NCBI RefSeq assembly: GCF_006438725.1
Contig: NZ_RCZD01000016.1
Span: 4,719 to 28,718, forward strand
Source: Ewingella americana
GTDB lineage: Bacteria; Pseudomonadota; Gammaproteobacteria; Enterobacterales; Enterobacteriaceae
DNA length: 24,000 nucleotides
Direction of reading: 5' to 3'
Positions 8,156 through 15,117 of this stretch are shown in pieces. The translations under genes and the position numbers were made by a program. How positions within the stretch are numbered: the first letter of the stretch is position 1; every line of letters starts with the position of its first letter. The notes under the pieces are model-generated. The model was not told where the DNA came from. It searched no databases and saw nothing but the letters and a program-made list of their open reading frames with translations.

Positions 8156-9037
8156 ATGGAAAACTCTAATGATATCAATCCACCAGAAAGCCCATTTGCG
8201 ATAATCAAGAAAGATTCAGGCACAGCTTATGAACTGATTCCGAATAGCAGCAAAACAGTCCAGCCTGTAGCACTGCTTAGACTAAGCGTGTTTACCCCTG
8301 TTTCACCAAAGGAAAAGGGGAAGCGGGAATTCCTCATAGATGCCTCAGAGGAACTTTCCAGCTTAGAAGTTGCAAGGCAGGAAGGGTATACAAATATCAA
8401 GATTCAGGGCGCAAAGCTTGGTATGTCCACAGATTTTAAAACGTGGATAGGGATCATCTCAGCCTTTTCAAAGTACGGTTATTCTAGTGAAAAGATAAGC
8501 TTACCGTTCTCAGAGTTTGCACGGATGTGTGGTTTAAAGCCCACAGACATCAATGGACGTGCCAGAACGCGTCTCAGCGACTCTCTGTTCAACTTATCAA
8601 GCGTGACGCTGGCATTTCGCAGCAAAGATGGCAAACGCTCCCTGGTGACGCATCTGGTACAACGTGCGGTACTAGATATGGACGCTGATTTGGTTGAAAT
8701 TGTTGGGGACCCTAGTCTGTGGGAACTCTACAGATATGATCACAAGGTTTTGCTTGGTCTAAAAGCCCTTTCAGAGTTATCCCGTAAAGAAGCAGCTCAG
8801 TCCCTATATGTGTACTTTGAAAGTATGCCCCCATCTACATTGTTTGTTTCAATGAAACGCCTCCGGGAGCGTCTGGCGATGGAATCGCAAGTAAAAGACC
8901 AAAACGCGACCATCCGCAGGGCAATGACTGATTTGAAGAAAATCGGCTACATAGACTACACAGAGACGAAAAAGGGGAGGGAGATCATGTTCATCATCCA
9001 TACCCGCTCTCCAAAGCTTGGGCTCGCTTCTTCATAA
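8156..9037 (+). CDS. repA: Rep_3-family iteron-binding replication initiator (RepE/RepA, IncFIB-like)
   Basis: 293 aa flanked by its iterons. Collinear with F RepE as recalled (TVQPVALLRLSVFTP.., DFKTWIGIISAF.., THLVQ.., LWELYRYDHKVLL.., IGYIDYTE). Confidence 0.9.
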   Translation: MENSNDINPPESPFAIIKKDSGTAYELIPNSSKTVQPVALLRLSVFTPVSPKEKGKREFLIDASEELSSLEVARQEGYTNIKIQGAKLGMSTDFKTWIGIISAFSKYGYSSEKISLPFSEFARMCGLKPTDINGRARTRLSDSLFNLSSVTLAFRSKDGKRSLVTHLVQRAVLDMDADLVEIVGDPSLWELYRYDHKVLLGLKALSELSRKEAAQSLYVYFESMPPSTLFVSMKRLRERLAMESQVKDQNATIRRAMTDLKKIGYIDYTETKKGREIMFIIHTRSPKLGLASS

Positions 9038-9039
9038 AA

Positions 9040-9116
9040 GCGGTTACTTTCATAATACACTGCAAAAAAGGCGGTTACTTTCATAAATGGCATACGTTAA
9101 GCGGTCACTTTCATAA
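9040..9116 (+). repeat. three direct iterons downstream of repA (inc/copy-control-like)
   Basis: Cores at 9040-9055, 9071-9086 and 9101-9116 (1 mismatch). Spacing is 31 and 30 bp. Confidence 0.9.
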
Positions 9117-9183
9117 TTTACAGCGCAATTTGCGCTGGGCACCGACATTTATGTATGAATTATGTACTGGCCATGATGTATTC

Positions 9184-9251
9184 TTATGAAAGCAGCATCT
9201 CTTTTCAGAGGGATTATGAAAGTAACCGCTTTCCATTATGAAAGTAGTCAC
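9184..9251 (-). repeat. three inverted-orientation iteron copies
   Basis: TTATGAAAGTAACCGC at 9214-9229 is the exact reverse complement of the core. 9236-9251 matches 13/16. 9184-9196 is partial (TTATGAAAG half). Confidence 0.8.
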
Positions 9252-9656
9252 CTTATACGTATGGAATGAAATTAACATTAGATTCAAATGATTTTTAATT
9301 AATATTAAAATAATATCATATTGATAGTTTTCAATTTAGATTATGCATCTCTTCACTATCGCGTTAATGATTTGAAAGTAGGGGATTTTCTTTCAGATGG
9401 CGGGTAATAGGATCACTTCAACAAACCTCGAACAGTCGAGCCTTATAAAAACAGAACCCATTATCTTGTGATGTAGTGTATAAAAAGCTAAAAAGCATTT
9501 TCCTAGTAGCGTTCACATTATTAATTGAGGTCTTGTAATGTCAGATGATGATGTTTCCAAACATGAGACAGCCGTAATCCTAATGACCTGCATCCAGGAT
9601 TCGATACAACGCTCAGTTAGTAATGTCGGATCCTGACCCGCTCCCTTAAAGCAGGC

Positions 9657-9681
9657 ATAAAAAAGCCCGGTATAACCGGGC
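9657..9681 (-). terminator. rho-independent terminator of the toxin-antitoxin operon
   Basis: Minus strand reads GCCCGG-TTATA-CCGGGC followed by TTTTTTAT, 9 nt below the toxin stop. Confidence 0.65.
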
Positions 9682-9689
9682 ATTGAGCA

Positions 9690-10028
9690 TCATTTCAGAA
9701 TGTTATAACGGTAAAGCAACTTCCCAAAATCTTGTTTCATACTAACAAAAAGCAGTATCTCAATATTCGTGCCGTCAAAATCGTAGAGCACTCGATACTC
9801 ACCTTCTACATCAAGCCTTTCACGCAACATCAAACCGCGATCTGAAAGGTATGCGTTGAAGCGATACCTCTGAGGATCTTCAGTAATGTTAGCAACAGAT
9901 TCTGTCAGTAGGTTATCGACGAAACTCGCAGCCTGATGCTGCCCGATCGTTCCACTTTTATATGATTCAATATCTTCCAGGCACTGCTGCGCCATTGGCG
10001 CGACTACAACTGAAAACTGATTTGACAC
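9690..10028 (-). CDS. RelE/ParE-superfamily type II toxin
   Basis: 112 aa. The C-terminal EYRVLYDFDGTNIEILLFVSMKQD pattern is typical of ParE/RelE. It is the second gene of a two-gene cassette, 14 nt after the antitoxin. Confidence 0.7.
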   Translation of the reverse strand: MSNQFSVVVAPMAQQCLEDIESYKSGTIGQHQAASFVDNLLTESVANITEDPQRYRFNAYLSDRGLMLRERLDVEGEYRVLYDFDGTNIEILLFVSMKQDFGKLLYRYNILK

Positions 10029-10042
10029 TCAATACCTCACTA

Positions 10043-10324
10043 TTATTTTCTTGCGGCACGTAGCCTCCCTAAGACATCTTCGGGGGTCATGCCTTTGCCA
10101 TCTGCTATTTCCTTTTTAGCCATCATTGCCAGCTTAAAAAGGGCATTTATATTTCTTTCCTGCTCAATTTCTCTCAGTTCTACCTGACGTTCTGCAGCGG
10201 TCTGAATGAAAAGCTCTGCGACACCATTTTTTGTTACATACATACCCCCCTCAAAAATTTGTGCATTTCCAAGACTGTCTCTGGCAAGTTTCTGTGACAT
10301 GGTCTGAGTCATATTTTTTTCCAC
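10043..10324 (-). CDS. putative cognate antitoxin (Phd/YefM- or ParD-like)
   Basis: About 85-93 aa and upstream of the toxin. GMYVTKNGVAELFIQ resembles the Phd/YefM beta-strand core. The start is uncertain: GTG at 10324, ATG at 10312 or ATG at 10300. Confidence 0.55.
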   Translation of the reverse strand: MEKNMTQTMSQKLARDSLGNAQIFEGGMYVTKNGVAELFIQTAAERQVELREIEQERNINALFKLAMMAKKEIADGKGMTPEDVLGRLRAARK

Positions 10325-10539
10325 TTAAAGTGAGATCTACTGGCGAGAACAGTAATCTCGTTGCTCCTCGGATAGGGCTTTGCAGAATTGCTAAGCTGGT
10401 TTCTCGCTCGCGCGACTTGTGCGCATTGTAAGATTATAACACCTCGGGGTAATATCGTGTACATATTTGTACACTCCAGGTCTCGACATGAGCAGATACG
10501 GTAAAACGCCCATCGCGACAAATGGCTTTCGGCACACAC

Positions 10540-10809
10540 TCACGCCGTATAGGTAGGTGGGGAGAATAGGCAATAGAGAGTGGAATAAGCGCTCCGTAAT
10601 ATGAACGGGTGGATTGCGCGCCTAACGGAGCTGATGGATGATGTCTGGAATGCTAACAGAAATAAAGTATTGGCAAGACCATAAAGGACATATCTGAAAG
10701 TTATTAATCCTGCATCATTTGGTTCATGGCGGATAAGCGACTCCGCCACCGGCTGAAGAGCAGGGCGTGGTGACCGGGTGGTAATAAAAAACTTTCCGGC
10801 CAAGGGCAT
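10540..10809 (-). CDS. doubtful 89-aa ORF overlapping the KAP NTPase stop (TAATG)
   Basis: The only support is the 1-nt stop/start overlap. Composition differs from the upstream operon and no family is recognised. Confidence 0.2.
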   Translation of the reverse strand: MPLAGKFFITTRSPRPALQPVAESLIRHEPNDAGLITFRYVLYGLANTLFLLAFQTSSISSVRRAIHPFILRSAYSTLYCLFSPPTYTA

Positions 10810-13049
10810 TAAAATCGAGCGTGCGCCTGGGAAGTCCTGATTTCCGTTATGACTTCTGGATATTGCCCCCCAGCCTCTATGCGAGCAAGCCGTTGTTCAA
10901 TTACCTCCTCGTCGCCGAGAAATTCACTCAGGCCGGAGAGGTCAAGACTCAGATAACGACCTGTGGCACTGCTTATACCACGACCTCTTAAGCGCAAAAG
11001 CAGTTGCACCAGCCCCTCATCGGTTTGAATGACCTCTTCAGCCCACGTCCTGACGCGTTCGACGTTATCGATATCTCTCCAGGCATAAAGATACGACAGT
11101 AGGTCGTTCGTTTCTAAAAGAAGGGTCAAAATTTCATCCTGGTTCAGCCGTTCAGCAAGCCTTGGCAATACTGCTCCCAGTTCTTCGTTTAACAACACCC
11201 GATCATCCATCGACGCTGGCCGGTCGCCGACCAGCCCGTTTTGCCACATAAGATGCCGCACATACATTGCAATCCATGACCAGGCGGTCCCCTCGACACA
11301 AATATCCTGAAGGAAGGTGATTGTGGCTGCCCTGTTTACCTCACACATTCTTTGTATTAACCGGTCTACAACGCCGTCTATATTGAGGTCATACGCCGCA
11401 AACCAGACGTTGAGTTGCTGAAAGCGCTGTATAACCGTATCGCCGTAGTTAAAGAAAAATCTGACCAAACCTTCACAGGCTGCCGCACTTTGCGCGGCCA
11501 CCATCGCCGGAGAAAGCTGGCTAAGAATGTGTTCGAACCAGGTGCGGGAGGACACATTGTTGCTGTTAATTCTTCCCAGTAGCAATTCCGACATAGCCCC
11601 CTGGCGTGTAGGATCCTCTGCCTGACGGAACAGGTCATCAAAAAACGCCGGAGGTAGCACATTCTGAGGGGAGGAAAAGGAGAAGTAGTAACGCCAGTAG
11701 GCACCGCTGCCAAGGCGCTTACCCGCCGTCATCTCGGCGCGCTCCTGATCCCCTATGGGAGAAAAAAGCGTCATGTTTTCGACGTTAGAGCCTAAAATTC
11801 CGGGCACCCAGCCATTTAGATAAAAAGGCTTGCGCGCCGTTGAAGGTGGGAAATGGCTCAGGTGTTCTATCAGCTTCGTTTTCAACTCCGTCTTCTCTTC
11901 ATCACCGACGCTACCGTCGCGTGATTCCACAACAGCACGCTCCGTCAGATACTGCTCTATCCAGTCATACAGGCCAGCGTTACTGATACGAATAAGCTGC
12001 AGCAGACACAAATCGGGCAGGTAGACGTAATCGCGCACTCCGCCGTAGCGAAATCTCAGTATATTCAGAACCAGTTTCACCTCTCGCGGCGTGGACAACG
12101 CGCCGCCGTAGACATCCGTCACGCGCGTAAGGTCGCCCAGCAAGTCCTGTTCGGGACCGTGACCATTAACGTCCTGATAGAGGTCAGTCACGCCGCTGAT
12201 GAATTCCCGCCGCAGGCTAAAGGCCTCCGGACGAGGCAGGCTGATTGAAATCTGCACGATTTTTTGCAGGTAGGCGGCGCCGTCCGTCACCCCCAGACCG
12301 GTCTGAATGGCATGGGCCAGCACCGCTTTGTCGTAAGACAGGACGTAGCGAAAGCGGGGAAAATCTGCCACGGATTTCACCAGGCGAACGATCTCCACCG
12401 CCTGAGCGGGTTCCAGCCGATCCAGGTCGTCCATTACGACGATAAAACTCAGGTCCAGGTCAGTAATTTTCTCGCCAATCTCGGCGCGCAACTCGGCGGT
12501 TGTCTTTCTGTTGGTCAGAAACTCCGCGTCTGAGTAAGCCTTCAGTGCCCCGCTGGCGTTGGGCATGCCGGGTACCAGCGCGGCCATCTCGGCCACGGGT
12601 CCCAGGTGGCGGGCGGTCGACTGGCTGTAGCGTAATACTTTGCACGCCGTATCTGTCAGCGTTTTTTTTCGCTTCAGGCGTTTGAGCGCTGGGGCCGATA
12701 ACGCGCGCTTCTCTTCTTCCGCAATAATGGCCGCGACCGGCAACAGCAGGGATTCTACGGGGCTCATACTCCCACCATCGAGCCAGGGTGACACGGACAG
12801 CACAAAGGTTCGCTCAGGTAGCCCGGCCTCGAGTTCGAAACGCAATAAGTTGAGTAGACTGGTTTTACCTGAGCCCCAGGCGCCCTCAATGCCGATCACG
12901 GCGCTGCCGTCCCGGCCTAACCCCTCGATGGCATGTGCCAGCTGCTTCGCGACGTGGGTAAACCCATACCGGTCTTCGCCGGGACTCTGCACGGCGGCAT
13001 CGAGGCCTGCGCTGAAACGTTCGCCGTCTCCTGTCTGCTCATCTGTCAT
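10809..13049 (-). CDS. KAP-family P-loop NTPase (746 aa, no obvious TM insertion)
   Basis: N-terminal DRYGFTHVAKQLAHAI then IGIEGAWGSGKTS (Walker A, nt 12861-12884) and FIVVMDDLDRLEP (Walker B). Long helical C-terminal half. Confidence 0.85.
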   Translation of the reverse strand: MTDEQTGDGERFSAGLDAAVQSPGEDRYGFTHVAKQLAHAIEGLGRDGSAVIGIEGAWGSGKTSLLNLLRFELEAGLPERTFVLSVSPWLDGGSMSPVESLLLPVAAIIAEEEKRALSAPALKRLKRKKTLTDTACKVLRYSQSTARHLGPVAEMAALVPGMPNASGALKAYSDAEFLTNRKTTAELRAEIGEKITDLDLSFIVVMDDLDRLEPAQAVEIVRLVKSVADFPRFRYVLSYDKAVLAHAIQTGLGVTDGAAYLQKIVQISISLPRPEAFSLRREFISGVTDLYQDVNGHGPEQDLLGDLTRVTDVYGGALSTPREVKLVLNILRFRYGGVRDYVYLPDLCLLQLIRISNAGLYDWIEQYLTERAVVESRDGSVGDEEKTELKTKLIEHLSHFPPSTARKPFYLNGWVPGILGSNVENMTLFSPIGDQERAEMTAGKRLGSGAYWRYYFSFSSPQNVLPPAFFDDLFRQAEDPTRQGAMSELLLGRINSNNVSSRTWFEHILSQLSPAMVAAQSAAACEGLVRFFFNYGDTVIQRFQQLNVWFAAYDLNIDGVVDRLIQRMCEVNRAATITFLQDICVEGTAWSWIAMYVRHLMWQNGLVGDRPASMDDRVLLNEELGAVLPRLAERLNQDEILTLLLETNDLLSYLYAWRDIDNVERVRTWAEEVIQTDEGLVQLLLRLRGRGISSATGRYLSLDLSGLSEFLGDEEVIEQRLARIEAGGQYPEVITEIRTSQAHARF

Positions 13050-13050
13050 G

Positions 13051-14145
13051 TTATAAATCTCCGTACAGCGAGCGTAAAGCCTCCACGGCGCTGGCCAGGG
13101 CGCCCGTATCCACCCGCTCCGTCAGCTCCCGGACCAGTTCGCCGAACGCCTCGGCTGGCACAAACACCCGCAGCGCATCAAAACCCAGGATCGCGTCCTG
13201 ATGCGCAGTCCCCGGCAGGGCCAGGCTGATATGGGCACCTTCGCTGTAGCGGCGCACCGCCTCCGGCGTGGTGCGATAGACGTTCAGCAGGCGGTAAAGT
13301 TCCGCGAACTCCCTCCAGCCGAACGGCATAACAAAGTTGCTGCCGGTCAGAACCAGATACAGGCGCGGCACCTCATCACCAACGGCGGCGGGCAAGTCAC
13401 CGCGCTGGCCGTCGACCCGGATGTCGAACCGCAGGTCACCGGCGGAGAAGGTGTCATTCATTTCCCGCACCGACGGGCGCACCTCCCGGATAAAGGTTTC
13501 GCGCTGCCCGAAGGTCCACTGCCGGGTGCGCATCACCAGCGGAAAGATCTGCTGCAGGCGCGCCGGCGTGAAGACGCGGGCCAGCACGTCGTCAGGATAA
13601 TCATTCAGCGAAAAGCAGCCAGACGCCAGCGGCCGCATCAGATATTCCGCATAGCCGGGATCGACGGCGCGGCTCATTTCACGCATAAAGCGCGCGGCCT
13701 CTTCCTGCCAGTTCTCGGTCGCAAACTCAAAGGTGCGCTTAATGTAGTGGCTGTCCACCGGCAGCCCGTGCTCTGCCTGCCAGACCAGCAGCTCAAAGCT
13801 GATGTTCAGCAGCGTTTCCAATACTGGCCACCTGACAAATTCCTTTGCGCTGGCGTCGCGGTAGGCCTGATGGGCAAGATCCGTCATAAAGCGCAGCTCG
13901 GCGCGGCGCAGCGCCTGGCGGCCAAAGGTTTCTCCGAGGACAACTTTGCGGTACAGCTGCTGCACCGCCTCGTCCGGTCGGGTAACCAGCTGTAGCCAGT
14001 CGTCATCCGGCGCGCTGGTTTGCAGGGAGACGTCAAGAAAACGCTCGGCCAGGGCGTTGACCGAGGTCTTTTCCGTGACAGCACGGTTTTTCAGCGATTC
14101 GATGAGTTTTTTAGGAAAGCGGAGTGTTAACTGGCTGAGCATCAT
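13051..14145 (-). CDS. RHH-domain protein with a large uncharacterised C-terminal region (364 aa)
   Basis: The N-terminus LTLRFPKKLIESLKNRAVTEKTSVNALAERFL fits a CopG/Arc-type ribbon-helix-helix. The stop is 1 nt from the KAP ATG. No motif recognised in the remaining ~300 aa. Confidence 0.7.
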   Translation of the reverse strand: MMLSQLTLRFPKKLIESLKNRAVTEKTSVNALAERFLDVSLQTSAPDDDWLQLVTRPDEAVQQLYRKVVLGETFGRQALRRAELRFMTDLAHQAYRDASAKEFVRWPVLETLLNISFELLVWQAEHGLPVDSHYIKRTFEFATENWQEEAARFMREMSRAVDPGYAEYLMRPLASGCFSLNDYPDDVLARVFTPARLQQIFPLVMRTRQWTFGQRETFIREVRPSVREMNDTFSAGDLRFDIRVDGQRGDLPAAVGDEVPRLYLVLTGSNFVMPFGWREFAELYRLLNVYRTTPEAVRRYSEGAHISLALPGTAHQDAILGFDALRVFVPAEAFGELVRELTERVDTGALASAVEALRSLYGDL

Positions 14146-14186
14146 TTTTTTCCTGTCATTGACGTAGCTATTTTAGCCTCACGATC

Positions 14187-14216
14187 ATTAAGCGCCTTCA
14201 TTGCAAATAGTGTCAA
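14187..14216 (-). promoter_or_regulatory. candidate sigma70 promoter of the RHH-KAP operon
   Basis: Minus strand has TTGACA (14211-14216), an 18-bp spacer and CTTAAT (14187-14192), about 40 nt upstream of the ATG. Confidence 0.4.
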
Positions 14217-14288
14217 CTATTGAAAATGAAATCATTCCATAAAATGACATCATGTCATTTAAATGAAGGTTCATCACATTCCTTTCAT
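14197..14288. promoter_or_regulatory. operator-like array of ATGA(A/C)/TTCAT palindromes
   Basis: AATGA-AA-TCATT (14225-14236), AAATGACAT-C-ATGTCATTT (14242-14260) and ATGAA-GG-TTCAT (14263-14274). Half-sites at 14197-14202 and 14284-14288. Confidence 0.45.
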
Positions 14289-14710
14289 TTTTTCTTGTGA
14301 GATCCGCTTTCTGGCATTACCGGATCTCGCCTTTCAGCCCGGCTGCCGTTTCCCCGAAAAACACATCATGGAGTATCTCTGGTGATACTAACTCCCGTAC
14401 ATGTTGTGTTTTTTGCTTGCACTGTGACGGGGATATCGACCCCGAAAAGGGCGGCTTTGCTTATTTCCTCGCCGTGGTACACTTCCGGAAAGTGTGAATA
14501 TGCCAGTAAATCGGATCACGCAGGAATGGCGAAACGGTAATTGTGCGACGTGATTATATGTCTGCTTATTATCAGATTGGTGACATTCCCGACAGTAAAA
14601 AATAAGCCTGAGAATATTCAGGCAGGGTGACTGACTCAGGATTGTGCGCAGTTAGATCTCCCGCAGATAGTAATTACTCTTAGTGACTATTTTTATGGGG
14701 ATCACTTTTG

Positions 14711-15040
14711 ATGGACGGTAAGAAAATAGTTGATATGACCAACATGTATAGATCGCTGACGAAACTAGGTCACCAGCGTATCTGGTTGCGAATCATCATC
14801 TCAGGCGATCTATTCATAGTTACTTTCGAAAGCAGACGTCTTGCTCGTTTTGATCGTAGTTTGGGTACATGGCGTTTCGTGAAAAATGCTGATTTGGTGG
14901 ACGACTACCCTCTGGGCAGCGTGCCAGATGGAGAAGGGTTAACAGAACTGCATGAAAAGGATGAGCTGCTTTTCAACCTGACGATTTGTGAGGAGGATGT
15001 TGTTTGTCTGCGTTCATACCTAGCGACGCTTAATGGTTGA
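14711..15040 (+). CDS. hypothetical protein (109 aa)
   Basis: ORF with GGGG about 10 nt upstream of the ATG at 14711. It lies 77 nt upstream of the preferred ATG (15118) of the next gene. No family recognised. Confidence 0.45.
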   Translation: MDGKKIVDMTNMYRSLTKLGHQRIWLRIIISGDLFIVTFESRRLARFDRSLGTWRFVKNADLVDDYPLGSVPDGEGLTELHEKDELLFNLTICEEDVVCLRSYLATLNG

Positions 15041-15117
15041 TATTGTCAGTTGCATACCATCAATAACTGTTGGTGGGATTTCCCGTTTATAGAGTCACAC
15101 AGAGAGGTACTTGTGTT

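Noticed and set aside
8021-9251. Repeated 16-bp units as a possible CRISPR array.
   Set aside because: The repeats flank a Rep_3 initiator. Their spacing is 21-31 bp with almost no spacer content, some copies are inverted, and no cas genes are present. These are iterons.
10309-10573. ORFs of 76 aa and 60 aa on the minus strand, and a 66-aa plus-strand ORF at 10231-10431.
   Set aside because: They overlap each other and the TA leader or promoter region. There are no RBS or motifs, and the peptides are Cys/Arg-rich and implausible.
13201-13995. 264-aa plus-strand ORF. Similar long ORFs occur at 12640-13056, 12933-13229, 12264-12533 and 11378-11713.
   Set aside because: These are antisense or alternate-frame shadow ORFs inside GC-rich genes with clear family signatures on the other strand. 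Their translations are Arg/Pro/Gly/Ala-rich with no motifs.
14594-14623. Hairpin GCCTGA-N6-TCAGGC with an adjacent A-run, which reads as a terminator on the minus strand.
   Set aside because: No minus-strand gene lies upstream of it, so it is an orphan structure. It may be a relic or an insulator, and there is not enough evidence to call it.
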